The notes: generated from the letters alone by a model not told the origin. Numbered from the stretch's first letter, positions 1 through 9,210 are shown. The stretch: DNA of 14,292 bases from Thermococcus sp. JdFR-02 (GCA_002009975.1 MTLP01000029.1:1-14292), one strand, 5' to 3'. A program made the numbers and translations.

Positions 1-103
1 GAAGGGTTTCCGACCGCTTTAGCCTGCCGCTCCCAATTGCCCGAGGTTCTTGCCCCGAAGTAGGGGCTGGACATTTGACAGGCAGACCAACCTACGCACG
101 GCT
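1..103 (-). ncRNA. Putative GC-rich structured RNA or leader (family not identified; truncated at the window edge)
   Basis: GC-rich island in an AT-rich background. Nested stems pair 21-28 with 81-88, 38-42 with 69-73, and 52-56 with 63-67. The mismatches are G-U wobbles only on the minus strand. A TATA-like TTTACATA (126-133, minus) lies about 23 nt upstream. Confidence 0.5.
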
Positions 104-181
104 CTATAATAATGCTTCTTCTAATTATGTAAATTTGACAGCTTAGGATTCTATTAAAAGCCTAATGAAATTAAAAGAGAG

Positions 182-679
182 TCAGAGGATTTCTACCTCT
201 TTCTTAAGAATTTCATCCGGTTTAATAACGCTTATCCCAGTTTTTCCTCCTAAAACTTCAATCCTTACTATCCACTTAGGGTTTGTTAGGTCAACTTTCG
301 CATTTATCTCATCTTTAATCTTTGCTCCTAATTCAATTTCAATCTCTTTGCTTGATCTAATCCAGTTTCCCCTTCTTCTACACCTAACTGCAAAGCTGTC
401 TCCTTCATTAATTCTTGCTCTCGCTAGCTTGAATGCCTCCTCAATTATAATCTCCTTTTTACTTTTCACAATCTTTTCGATTGGTATTACTTTAAAAATT
501 GCAGTTGTTTCAAATTCTTTTAAAGACTTCAGGGCTTCTTCTTTTGTTACTTTGCTCCTTACAAGCAACACCCCTTTCCATCTAAGCCTCTTAATCTTTG
601 CGTCACCTAACGCCCACTCAAGCTCTAATGATGCATCACCTTCTCTACCAACGGGTGTCGTTACAAGTAGCGTGACCAT
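182..679 (-). CDS. Stand-alone THUMP-domain RNA-binding protein (archaeal Tan1-like)
   Basis: THUMP signatures SFAVRCRRRG, EIEIELG and KVDLTNPKWIVRIEV. The start was moved to ATG 679 because GGAGGTGAT lies just upstream of it. Confidence 0.85.
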   Translation of the reverse strand: MVTLLVTTPVGREGDASLELEWALGDAKIKRLRWKGVLLVRSKVTKEEALKSLKEFETTAIFKVIPIEKIVKSKKEIIIEEAFKLARARINEGDSFAVRCRRRGNWIRSSKEIEIELGAKIKDEINAKVDLTNPKWIVRIEVLGGKTGISVIKPDEILKKEVEIL

Positions 680-700
680 TATCATCACCTCCTTTTCAAT

Positions 701-720
701 GGGCAAGCTTTTATATCTCC
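701..720. promoter_or_regulatory. Candidate bidirectional TATA element for the divergent THUMP and ATPase genes
   Basis: CTTTTATAT on + reads ATATAAAAG on -. It sits in the 72-bp gap, roughly 30-35 nt from both start codons. Confidence 0.5.
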
Positions 721-751
721 TATGTTTTAGAATTTAAATTTGGTGAGTAAA

Positions 752-1963
752 ATGGAAAATGAAGGAATCCCACTAAAAGTTTATCCCTCTACCTCTTATG
801 AAGTATATGGTCTTTCAAAAAATCCCTTTGGAGAACTTGCAAGTGAAGGAATCGAAGATATAGAGAGCATACACGTTTACCAAGAGGTTGATATGAAGAT
901 TTCTATGATATTATCGGAGGTTATTGGAAACAGATCTTCAATTGCCTTTTCATTAGTTGGACCTCTTGGAATGGGAAAAACTCAACGTTTAAAGAGTATC
1001 ACCAAAGCAATAGGCGAGAGGAGAGGTAAAGCCATTTATGTTAAAGTTGACACAAATGATATATTGAAGATTACCCGTGACATGTTCAATTCATTAAAAC
1101 CTCCAAAAAGCAAAACTGCAATTTTTTTCGAGAATCTTTCCAAGAAGCTTGGTTTTATAGATCAGCTCGAAAAGATGCTCACATCTGTAGAAGAGTATAA
1201 ATCAAGAGATATAGCGGAATTATTAACAAAAGAACTTAGCAAGTATTCATATTGTGCCATTCTCTTAGATGAGCTTGAAAATATGCAAACAGCAAAAGAA
1301 CATGAAAAAATCCAGTTTTTTGAAATGTTGAGACATTTTATAAGTCACATGCCTCAGGGATGTGTTTTTGCTTTTGCGTGTGTCCCAGAGGCTTATGAAG
1401 AGTACACTAAGATCTTCCCGGCTTTCTTTATGAGACTGCATTATGAATTTAGGCTTAGACCAATGAGCTTGGAGGAGACATTTGAACTTATTAAAAAGAG
1501 GTTAAATAGAGTTAGAATTAGAGATACAACTGATCCACTCTATCCCTTTACTGAGGAAGCAATAAAACTTATCCATGACTTAGGTAAAGGAAATCCGAGG
1601 CAAATATTGAGATTATTACATTATGTTTTGAGTGAAGCCAGTAAGCATAAATTCGATCCAATTGACGATTATGTTGTAACAACAATCCTTGAAGAGCCTA
1701 AAAGTTTAGATGAATACCTCACAAGAATTCCTAAGGATTACAGAGACTTAGTTGAGATTATAGTATTTGAGTTCAATGGAGGACCAATAAGCTATATTCA
1801 AGTTGCAAAAGAAGCTAAAAAACCGGGAGTTCAAGTTTACGAGCATTTGGAGGAGCTAATAAGACTCGGATTTTTAATTGGAGATCCAAAAGGAAATTAC
1901 AAAGTGCCTGACTATGTGAGAAAGTTTCTCGAAGAAGAAAGAAAAGAGGAGGGCGAAGAGTGA
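752..1963 (+). CDS. AAA+ P-loop ATPase with probable C-terminal winged-helix domain, function unknown
   Basis: Walker A GPLGMGKT, Walker B ILLDELE, AAA+ lid FTEEAIKLIHDLGKGNPRQIL and an HTH-like C-terminus. The GGTGA RBS at 742-746 favours ATG 752. Confidence 0.8.
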   Translation: MENEGIPLKVYPSTSYEVYGLSKNPFGELASEGIEDIESIHVYQEVDMKISMILSEVIGNRSSIAFSLVGPLGMGKTQRLKSITKAIGERRGKAIYVKVDTNDILKITRDMFNSLKPPKSKTAIFFENLSKKLGFIDQLEKMLTSVEEYKSRDIAELLTKELSKYSYCAILLDELENMQTAKEHEKIQFFEMLRHFISHMPQGCVFAFACVPEAYEEYTKIFPAFFMRLHYEFRLRPMSLEETFELIKKRLNRVRIRDTTDPLYPFTEEAIKLIHDLGKGNPRQILRLLHYVLSEASKHKFDPIDDYVVTTILEEPKSLDEYLTRIPKDYRDLVEIIVFEFNGGPISYIQVAKEAKKPGVQVYEHLEELIRLGFLIGDPKGNYKVPDYVRKFLEEERKEEGEE

Positions 1964-2493
1964 ATTATGAAGGTCATGTTCTGGGAGGCATCTTGACGTA
2001 TCCTATTGCTGTTTTAATAGCCTCTCTTCTCAAATCTTACTTGAATCTTCCTTTTGAGCTTACTTTTGTATCAATGACACTTGGATATGGATTCTATGTT
2101 TTGGGGAGTGATTTACCTGATATGGATCATCCAGACGCTCTGATTCACAAGGGAGCAAAACCAATTGTCTCTGTTGGCATAGGCAGCTTTGTCTTTTTAA
2201 GAGCTAGAGATTTTTCAAACTTTACAGAATTTTGGTGGGCAAACTTGACTATAGCTTGGCTAATTTCTGCAGTGGTAGCATTTGGGGCTTGGTATGGTTT
2301 TTCAGCTGTGATGCCCAAGCATAGGGGTATTATTCATACTTTGACCTTTGCCCTGATCTATGGGTTGATAGTATTTTTAGGCGTTAGATACGGTTTATCT
2401 TTAAAATTTGGTGAAGCACTATTTATCTCATTAGCGGCTTTTTCAGGATACACATTGCATCTAATCTCTGATAGGCACATAAAGTTAATTTAA
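1960..2493 (+). CDS. Membrane-bound metal-dependent hydrolase (YdjM-like family)
   Basis: Motifs GH near the N-terminus, GSDLPDMDH, HRGIIH and LHLISD, plus several hydrophobic helices. GTGA start/stop overlap with the ATPase gene. Confidence 0.85.
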   Translation: MNYEGHVLGGILTYPIAVLIASLLKSYLNLPFELTFVSMTLGYGFYVLGSDLPDMDHPDALIHKGAKPIVSVGIGSFVFLRARDFSNFTEFWWANLTIAWLISAVVAFGAWYGFSAVMPKHRGIIHTLTFALIYGLIVFLGVRYGLSLKFGEALFISLAAFSGYTLHLISDRHIKLI

Positions 2494-2558
2494 TACACAA
2501 TCTTGCCCCATAATGTTTATAAATGTTTTAGGGGCACCTAAAACAAGAGGTGAGTGAG

Positions 2559-3554
2559 ATGTTTAGTTTGACGGGATTTACGAAAAGTGGAAAAGATGAA
2601 AATAGGATTAGGGATGTCATTATTATTGGAGCAGGACCAGCAGGATACACTGCTGCAATTTATGCGGCAAGGTACGGGTTAGATGTTGACATAATAAGCA
2701 AAGATCTTGGGGGACAAATAGCTATCACGGATTTAATTGAGAACTATCCTGGCTTCCCAGATGGAATAAGTGGTCAAGAATTAGCGACAAGAATGTATGA
2801 GCAAGTTAAAAAACTTAACGTTGATGTTATCTTTGACGAGGTTATAAAAATTGAACCAACAGAGTGCCCTTACTACGAAGGTCCGTGTCAGTTTAAAATT
2901 ATAACAAAAAACGGCAAAGAGTATAGAACAAGAACGGTCATCATAGCTGCTGGAGCAGAACCAAGAAAGCTCCATGTTCCTGGAGAAAAAGAGTTTACTG
3001 GGAGAGGCGTTAGTTATTGTGCAACTTGTGATGGCCCGCTGTTTGTAGGAAAGGAAGTCATAGTGGTTGGTGGAGGAAATACTGCTTTGCAAGAGGCATT
3101 GTTTTTGAAGAAAATCGGTGTTAAAGTTACATTGGTTCATAGAAGGGACCAATTTAGGGCAGACAAAATTCTCCAAGATAGATTAAAAGAATCAGGAATT
3201 CCAGTTATATTAGGCACTGTAGTTACGGAGATAAGGGGAAAAGATAAAGTTGAAAGCGTTGTCTTAAAGAATCTAAGGACAAGTGAAGTAGTGGAGAAAA
3301 AAGTGGATGGTGTCTTTATTTTCATTGGATATGAGCCAAAAACAGACTTCATTAAGCATTTTGGAATAACCGATGAGCATGGATACGTTGTTGTTGATAG
3401 AATGATGCGCACAAAGATTCCGGGAATATTTGCGGCAGGTGACATTACGAATGGAGTAAAGCAAGCTATCGTTGCTGCTGGTGAAGGTGCAGTGGCTGCA
3501 ACCTCTGTAAAGGAATTCATTGAAGAATGGCAAAACAACATAATCATGCAATGA
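2559..3554 (+). CDS. trxB: Thioredoxin-disulfide reductase
   Basis: FAD motif GAGPAG, active site GRGVSYCATCDG, GGGNTA, HRRDQFRA (NADPH type) and GIFAAGD. The GAGGTGA RBS favours ATG 2559; TTTATAAA lies at about 2517-2523. Confidence 0.95.
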   Translation: MFSLTGFTKSGKDENRIRDVIIIGAGPAGYTAAIYAARYGLDVDIISKDLGGQIAITDLIENYPGFPDGISGQELATRMYEQVKKLNVDVIFDEVIKIEPTECPYYEGPCQFKIITKNGKEYRTRTVIIAAGAEPRKLHVPGEKEFTGRGVSYCATCDGPLFVGKEVIVVGGGNTALQEALFLKKIGVKVTLVHRRDQFRADKILQDRLKESGIPVILGTVVTEIRGKDKVESVVLKNLRTSEVVEKKVDGVFIFIGYEPKTDFIKHFGITDEHGYVVVDRMMRTKIPGIFAAGDITNGVKQAIVAAGEGAVAATSVKEFIEEWQNNIIMQ

Positions 3555-3662
3555 GTTTTCTCTTCTTAATTTAATTCTTGAATTATTTCCATATGTCATT
3601 GAAGGACTTCAGCTTTTTCTTATTTCCTTCGAAACTTTTTCGAGCAAACTTGTTCATTGATG

Positions 3663-3679
3663 AGCATAAAATTATATAG
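3663..3679 (+). promoter_or_regulatory. BRE/TATA promoter of the aminotransferase gene
   Basis: GCATAAAA followed by TTATATAG about 35 nt before the ATG; GGTGAGG RBS. Confidence 0.6.
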
Positions 3680-3712
3680 CGTTAGAACCCTCTTCTCTTT
3701 TGGTGAGGCAAA

Positions 3713-5050
3713 ATGGTGAAGAAACCAGTTGTTAAAGAACTGCCAGGACCAAAGGCTAGGGAAGTCATAGAAAGAAACTTTGAGCTTTTGGCAGTTACGA
3801 CCCAGGATCCAGAAGCTCTACCAATAGTTATTGACAGAGGAGAAGGTGTTATGGTTTATGATGTTGATGGAAACAGCTTCTATGACTTTGGTAGTGGAGT
3901 TGGTGTTCTAAACGTTGGGCATGCTCATCCAAGAGTCATTGAAGCAATTAAGAGGCAAGCTGAGAGATTTACACACTTTGCATTAAACGACTTTTTCTAT
4001 GAAAATGCTGTAATTCTAGCTCAAAAGCTTGCTGAAGTTACTCCCGGTGATTTTCCAAAGAAAGTTGTTTACCAAAACAGTGGTGCAGAGGCAAATGAAG
4101 TTATGATGAAGCTCGTTAAATATGGAACTGGAAGAAAGAGGTTTATAGCTTTCTATCATGCATTCCATGGAAGAACCCAGGCTGTTTTGAGCTTAACCGC
4201 TAGCAAATGGGTTCAACAAGAGAGATTCTTCCCAACCATGCCAGGTGTTGAGCACATTCCCTATCCAAACCCCTATAGAAATCCATGGCACATTGATGGT
4301 TATGCTGATCCAAAGGAGTTGATAAATAGAGTCCTTGAGTTCCTCGAGGATTATGTATTCAAGCATGTTCCACCAGAGGAAGTTGGAGCAATAGTTTTTG
4401 AGCCAATCCAAGGTGAAGGCGGTTACGTAGTTCCACCAAGAGACTTCTTTAAGGAGCTGAAGAAATTAGCAGATAAGTATGGTATTCTCTTAGCAGATGA
4501 TGAGGTTCAAATGGGCGTTGGAAGGACAGGAAAGTTCTGGGCAATTGAGCACTTTGGAATTGCACCAGACACAATCCAATTTGGTAAAGCAATTGGAGGA
4601 GGAATTCCATTGGCTGGTGTTGTTCATAGAGCAGACATAACATTTGACAAGCCAGGAAGACATGCTTCAACCTTTGGTGGAAATCCAGTAGCAATTGAAG
4701 CAGCTTTGCAAGTAGTTGAGATAGTTAAGGAGATATTACCACATGTCCAGGAGGTTGGTGATTACCTACACAAGAGGCTCAAGGAGCTTGAGGAGAAGTA
4801 TGAAGTCATCGGCGATGCAAGAGGTCTTGGCTTAGCTCAAGCTGTTGAATTTGTTAAAAGTAAGGATACAAAAGAGAAGAACCAGGAGGTTAGAAACAAA
4901 GTTGTTGCAGAAGCTGCAAAGAGAGGTCTTATTTTGCTAGGCTGTGGAGACAACTCACTGAGATTTATACCTCCATTAATTGTCACAAAAGAGGAAATTG
5001 ACGTTGCAATGGAGATATTTGAAGAGGCTTTAAAAGCTGCTTTGAAGTGA
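3713..5050 (+). CDS. Class III PLP-dependent aminotransferase (probable ornithine/lysine omega-aminotransferase)
   Basis: Motifs [41 protein letters not shown] (PLP lysine) and HASTFGGNP. Substrate is inferred from recalled similarity to Thermococcales ornithine aminotransferases. Confidence 0.85.
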   Translation: MVKKPVVKELPGPKAREVIERNFELLAVTTQDPEALPIVIDRGEGVMVYDVDGNSFYDFGSGVGVLNVGHAHPRVIEAIKRQAERFTHFALNDFFYENAVILAQKLAEVTPGDFPKKVVYQNSGAEANEVMMKLVKYGTGRKRFIAFYHAFHGRTQAVLSLTASKWVQQERFFPTMPGVEHIPYPNPYRNPWHIDGYADPKELINRVLEFLEDYVFKHVPPEEVGAIVFEPIQGEGGYVVPPRDFFKELKKLADKYGILLADDEVQMGVGRTGKFWAIEHFGIAPDTIQFGKAIGGGIPLAGVVHRADITFDKPGRHASTFGGNPVAIEAALQVVEIVKEILPHVQEVGDYLHKRLKELEEKYEVIGDARGLGLAQAVEFVKSKDTKEKNQEVRNKVVAEAAKRGLILLGCGDNSLRFIPPLIVTKEEIDVAMEIFEEALKAALK

Positions 5051-5075
5051 TCCTTCTCTTTTTTGTTATTCTTCA
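5051..5075 (+). terminator. Oligo-T/pyrimidine-rich archaeal terminator
   Basis: TCCTTCTCTTTTTTTGTT directly after the stop codon. Confidence 0.55.
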
Positions 5076-5149
5076 CATCTTAGGGCAAAACTTTTAAGCA
5101 ATTATTTCAAGTTTTAACTTGAAATATATATAAAGTTGGGGGTGATAAT

Positions 5150-5758
5150 ATGGAAGATCCAATGCTAACTGTAGCTCCTTATGCAAAGTGGATTTTGCTC
5201 TTAGCTGTAATTATTTACTTTGCTTATGTGTTTGTGTTAAAAAAGCAAGAGTTTAAAAAAGCTCAAGTTGTGGCAATCTCTGCAATAATGACTGCATTAG
5301 TAGCAGTTGCAACCATAATAATACAAATTCCAACTCCACCTACAAGGGGATATATAAATCTTGGAGACACAATGGTCATGCTTAGCGGTGTTCTATTTGG
5401 TCCATTAGTGGGAGCATTTGCTGGTGGCTTTGGTTCTGCATTAGCAGATGCAATAACTGGTTACGCCCATTGGGCTCCGTTTACACTGATAATTAAGGGA
5501 ATTGAAGGATTGGTTGTTGGATACATAGCCTACAAGAGAAAAGACTTCACCTCAATACTTCTGGCAACAATATTTGGTGGCTTTTTAATGGTCTTTGGAT
5601 ACTTTATGGTAGAGTATTTCTTCTATGGGTTTGGTGCAGCGACTGTAGAAGTTCCAGGAAACATGTTACAAGCTGTAAGTGGAGTCATCATTGGCGGAGG
5701 TTTGGGATACATAATAAAGAAAAGATATCCAGAGATAATATCCTTGGTACAATCTTAA
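5150..5758 (+). CDS. ECF transporter substrate-binding S-component (vitamin or precursor; substrate uncertain)
   Basis: [12 protein letters not shown] helix with Axxx[33 protein letters not shown] and [10 protein letters not shown]; multiple TM helices; GGGGTGAT RBS. Confidence 0.85.
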   Translation: MEDPMLTVAPYAKWILLLAVIIYFAYVFVLKKQEFKKAQVVAISAIMTALVAVATIIIQIPTPPTRGYINLGDTMVMLSGVLFGPLVGAFAGGFGSALADAITGYAHWAPFTLIIKGIEGLVVGYIAYKRKDFTSILLATIFGGFLMVFGYFMVEYFFYGFGAATVEVPGNMLQAVSGVIIGGGLGYIIKKRYPEIISLVQS

Positions 5759-6417
5759 GCCTTTTTTCCTTCTACAATTTTTACACCGCTTGATGTTCCT
5801 ATTCTGTTTGCACCAGCTTCAATCATTGCAATTGCTTTCTCATATGTTCTTATCCCACCAGCAGCTTTAACCCCAAGTTTATCACCAACGACATTCCTCA
5901 TAAGTCTAACATCCTCTACTGTTGCTCCTTCACTTCCAAAGCCTGTTGATGTCTTCACGAAATCAGCTCCAGCTTCCATTGCTAATTTGCAGGCAATCTC
6001 TTTTTCTTCATTTGTTAAATAGCATGTCTCGATTATCACCTTAACAATTGCACCCTTTTCATGAGCAACTTTAACGACTTCTGCAATATCCTTTTTTACA
6101 TACTCATAGTCCTTGTCTTTCAAAGCCCCTATGTTTATCACCACGTCAAGCTCATCTGCCCCATCTTCAAGGGCTTTTTTTGCCTCAAATACCTTAACCT
6201 CAGTTGGTGTTGCTCCTAATGGGAAGCCTATAACAGAAGCAACTTTTATGTCTGTCTCTTTGAGTTGTTCCTTTGCCAGTTTTACTCTATAAGGATTAAC
6301 ACAGACTGCATAAAAATTATGCTCTTTTGCCTCTTCACAAAGCTTAATTATATCCTCCTTCGTTGCATAAGGCTTCAAATTGGTGTGATCAATGTATCTG
6401 GCAATATCAATTTCCAT
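5755..6417 (-). CDS. deoC: Deoxyribose-phosphate aldolase
   Basis: Motifs [46 protein letters not shown] and RIGTSSG. ATG 6417 is preferred after the GGTGGTG RBS. Confidence 0.96.
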   Translation of the reverse strand: MEIDIARYIDHTNLKPYATKEDIIKLCEEAKEHNFYAVCVNPYRVKLAKEQLKETDIKVASVIGFPLGATPTEVKVFEAKKALEDGADELDVVINIGALKDKDYEYVKKDIAEVVKVAHEKGAIVKVIIETCYLTNEEKEIACKLAMEAGADFVKTSTGFGSEGATVEDVRLMRNVVGDKLGVKAAGGIRTYEKAIAMIEAGANRIGTSSGVKIVEGKKA

Positions 6418-6528
6418 CTGCACCACCAAGAATTAACTATCTTTTTGGATATTTAGGGCTTTTCCTTCTATTCCACAGTTTCCCATTGATAGTTTATTAA
6501 AACTTCAAAAATAGTTTAAGGTGAAAAA

Positions 6529-7707
6529 TCAAAGCCTCTTCTTTAAAAGAGGCACTAAAGCTAGAAGCAATATAAATGTCGGTCCGCAAACTGTTGTCCG
6601 TGGAGGAGTTTTTGTTGTCGTAGTGCTAAGAATGAGTGTTCCATTGGGAAGCTTGTATCTCATGGGCTCCCTGATGCACTTAAGAAGCTTTGGATTTTTG
6701 CTTTCGTCATAAGGGATCCAAGCAAAGCTTCCGTCTTTGCCCTCATACCAGCCTATGTGCGAGTTGTAGCCGGCTTTTCCTCTTTCAGCAACCTTCACAA
6801 TCTCTTCAATATCTCTATCATCTATATTTATTATTCCATTTTCTTTGAGCCATTCAAGTTCAACTCTCAAGGCTTCTTTGAAGTTGAATGTATAAGGATC
6901 AACTACGCCTTCTGGCATATTGATAACTTTCTTATCAAACTTCACGTTTTCTAAAGCACAGCTCATTCCCAATACTGAGAACAGTTCTTTTATTTCTGCT
7001 TTTTTGTCCTCGGTTAATTCTTTTCCATAAATTGTAATGTAAACCTCTGCTTGGGGCATCTTTATGACTTTGCTTGGGTCAATTCCATGCTTTTTCAAAC
7101 ATCTCTCAAATGCATCATTTGGTTTCCAAATGCAGATTCCATTAACACATCCACAGCTTGTGAGCTTTAAACAATCATACCATTCTTCATAGATACAGAT
7201 TGAAGCAACTTTCTTCGCTTCCTCCTTTGTTGTACATATCTCTCCAGAGCAGCCGCCAGTAGCACAATCAGAATCTTTTGAACATTCACTCCCTTTTTGA
7301 GGTGTTATTTGAATTAAGATGTTTCTTTTTCTAAAGGCGTATTTTCCTTCGACTTTCCATCCAAGTTCTTTTGCTTTCTCGATATTGCTTTCAGGGATTA
7401 TCATTGATGTTGTAAACCTTGCAGAGAAGATAATTGAGCTCCAGCTCTTTGGTGGGATTTCAATCCTCAAGTGCAAGCTTTCGTCTTCCCAGAGCATAAC
7501 TGCTACTCTTTCATCATAATGAGAACGATAGACTATTTTTCCATCAATAATTTCAACATTCTCTGCATTTTTGAGTAGCTCAAGGTTATAGGCAATTTCA
7601 GGCTTGTTAAAGTAAACTTCAACAGCTAGAATATCGACTGGAGAGAAACAAGCCTCAGCTAACGGCATTATCATAAGTAGAATTATCAAAACAAATACTT
7701 TTTTCAT
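6529..7707 (-). CDS. Secreted Cys-cluster (heavy-Cys) surface protein with CGP-CTERM sorting signal
   Basis: Signal peptide MKKVFVLIILLMIMPLAEA, Cys cluster CSKDSDCATGGCSGEIC...CLKLTSCGCVNGIC, Thr-rich linker, and C-terminal VCGP + TM helix + KKRL. The GGTGA RBS favours ATG 7707. Confidence 0.88.
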   Translation of the reverse strand: MKKVFVLIILLMIMPLAEACFSPVDILAVEVYFNKPEIAYNLELLKNAENVEIIDGKIVYRSHYDERVAVMLWEDESLHLRIEIPPKSWSSIIFSARFTTSMIIPESNIEKAKELGWKVEGKYAFRKRNILIQITPQKGSECSKDSDCATGGCSGEICTTKEEAKKVASICIYEEWYDCLKLTSCGCVNGICIWKPNDAFERCLKKHGIDPSKVIKMPQAEVYITIYGKELTEDKKAEIKELFSVLGMSCALENVKFDKKVINMPEGVVDPYTFNFKEALRVELEWLKENGIINIDDRDIEEIVKVAERGKAGYNSHIGWYEGKDGSFAWIPYDESKNPKLLKCIREPMRYKLPNGTLILSTTTTKTPPRTTVCGPTFILLLALVPLLKKRL

Positions 7708-7830
7708 TTCTTTCACCATAATTACTTTCGCTTTTCTCTTATTTATCTCCATCTACAGCTTCAAATGAGTTTGAAGTGTTGCTGACAATTATAGAAAATT
7801 TTGTCTAAAGGAAAGCTTAATCTTCCAGTA

Positions 7831-7865
7831 TCGCCAAAGTTAAATACTCGCCAAAACCTTTAAGT
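7831..7865 (+). promoter_or_regulatory. eno promoter: two tandem BRE/TATA-like units
   Basis: TCGCCAAAGTTAAATA at 7831-7846 and TCGCCAAAACCTTTAAG at 7848-7864. Confidence 0.55.
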
Positions 7866-7890
7866 TTTAGTGTTGAATACCACTTGAAAA

Positions 7891-7907
7891 TATCACTCGA
7901 GGTGAAC
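7891..7907 (+). promoter_or_regulatory. Thermococcales glycolytic motif (TGM), TrmBL1/Tgr operator
   Basis: TATCAC-TCGAG-GTGAAC matches TATCAC-N5-GTGATA at 10 of 12 positions. It lies downstream of the TATA box and overlaps the RBS, which is the repression geometry. Confidence 0.8.
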
Positions 7908-7910
7908 AAG

Positions 7911-9203
7911 ATGGAGAGTCCATTTGAAATTACTGCCATAGTTGCAAGAGAAATTTTAGACTCAAGAGGAAACCCAACGGTTGAAGTTGATGTTTACACG
8001 CCAGTATCTATGGGAAGAGCAGCTGTGCCAAGCGGCGCTTCTACCGGCACACACGAAGCTTTGGAGCTTAGAGATGGGGGAAAGAGATTCCATGGCAAAG
8101 GTGTTAGAAGAGCTGTTGAGAATATAAACAAAATCATTGCACCAGAGCTTATTGGAATGGATGTTACTCTGCAAAGGGATATTGATATGCTAATGCTAGA
8201 GCTTGATGGAACTGAGAATAAGTCTAACTTAGGTGCAAATGCTATTTTAGGAGTTTCTTTAGCAGTTGCAAAGGCTGCAGCAAACACTTTAGGATTGCCA
8301 CTTTACCAATACATTGGAGGAGCAAATGCTTATGTTTTGCCTGTTCCACTAAGCAACGTCATTAATGGTGGAGCTCACGCTGGAAATGATTTGGATTTTC
8401 AAGAGTTCATGTTAATGCCAGTTGGTGCTAAAAGCTTTAGAGAAGCAATCCAAATGATAAGTGAGACGTATCACACCTTAAAGAAAGTCCTTATTGAGAA
8501 ATATGGAAAGTTAGCTGTAAATGTTGGGGATGAAGGTGGTTTTGCTCCACCAATGAAGGAAGTTAGCGAACCTTTAGATGCATTGGTTAAAGCTATCGAA
8601 GAGAGCGGTTACAAAGTTGGTGATGAAATAGCTTTCGCTTTAGATGCTGCTTCAAGCGAATTCTACAATGCTGAGATTAGGAAATATGTTGTTGGTGGAA
8701 AAGAATATACAAGGGAAGAACTAATTGACTTCTATAAAGAGCTGACCAATACCTATCCAATCCTCTCAATTGAAGATCCCCTCTATGAAGAAGACTTTGA
8801 AGGCTTTGCAATGATTACAAAGGAGCTTGGCAAGAAGGTTCAAATAGTTGGTGATGATTTGTTTGTCACAAACGTGAAAAGACTAAGGCAAGGAATTGAA
8901 ATTGGTGCTGCAAACGCTTTGTTGCTTAAAGTCAACCAAATTGGAACATTAAGCGAAGCTTTAGACGCAGCTTACTTATCATTTAGGGCTGGATATGGAG
9001 TGGTCGTTTCACACAGAAGTGGAGAAACCGAAGATTCAACTATTGCAGATATTGCAGTGGCAATTAATGCTGGACAAATTAAAACAGGAGCACCAGCAAG
9101 AAGCGATAGAAACGCTAAGTACAACCAACTCCTAAGAATTGAGGAAGAGTTAGGCGGAGTCGCAAAGTACGCTGGAAAGAAGTTTAGGAATCCATTCCTG
9201 TGA
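7911..9203 (+). CDS. eno: Enolase
   Basis: Motifs [50 protein letters not shown] and [22 protein letters not shown] precedes ATG 7911. Confidence 0.98.
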   Translation: MESPFEITAIVAREILDSRGNPTVEVDVYTPVSMGRAAVPSGASTGTHEALELRDGGKRFHGKGVRRAVENINKIIAPELIGMDVTLQRDIDMLMLELDGTENKSNLGANAILGVSLAVAKAAANTLGLPLYQYIGGANAYVLPVPLSNVINGGAHAGNDLDFQEFMLMPVGAKSFREAIQMISETYHTLKKVLIEKYGKLAVNVGDEGGFAPPMKEVSEPLDALVKAIEESGYKVGDEIAFALDAASSEFYNAEIRKYVVGGKEYTREELIDFYKELTNTYPILSIEDPLYEEDFEGFAMITKELGKKVQIVGDDLFVTNVKRLRQGIEIGAANALLLKVNQIGTLSEALDAAYLSFRAGYGVVVSHRSGETEDSTIADIAVAINAGQIKTGAPARSDRNAKYNQLLRIEEELGGVAKYAGKKFRNPFL

Positions 9204-9210
9204 AGGCTTT

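Noticed and set aside
165-737. 190-aa plus-strand ORF
   Set aside because: Antisense shadow of the THUMP gene, with Ser/Leu/Ile-rich composition typical of such shadows and no motifs.
752-1963. Calling the ATPase cdc6/orc1 or a BREX defence component
   Set aside because: I saw no ORB repeats, replication genes or other defence genes nearby; only generic AAA+ motifs are supportable.
3555-3670. Possible C/D box sRNA in the trxB-aminotransferase gap
   Set aside because: No correctly ordered and spaced RUGAUGA/CUGA box set on either strand.
2781-5076. Several minus-strand ORFs inside trxB and the aminotransferase gene
   Set aside because: They overlap well-supported genes almost entirely and show no recognisable motifs.
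5755-5758. Convergent stop-codon overlap (TTAA) of the ECF gene and deoC
   Set aside because: Common in compact archaeal genomes.
7911-9203. Enolase (PEP producer) close to the PEP-dependent PTS operon
   Set aside because: eno sits on the core side of tRNA-His with host-type regulation, so the proximity is most simply coincidental.
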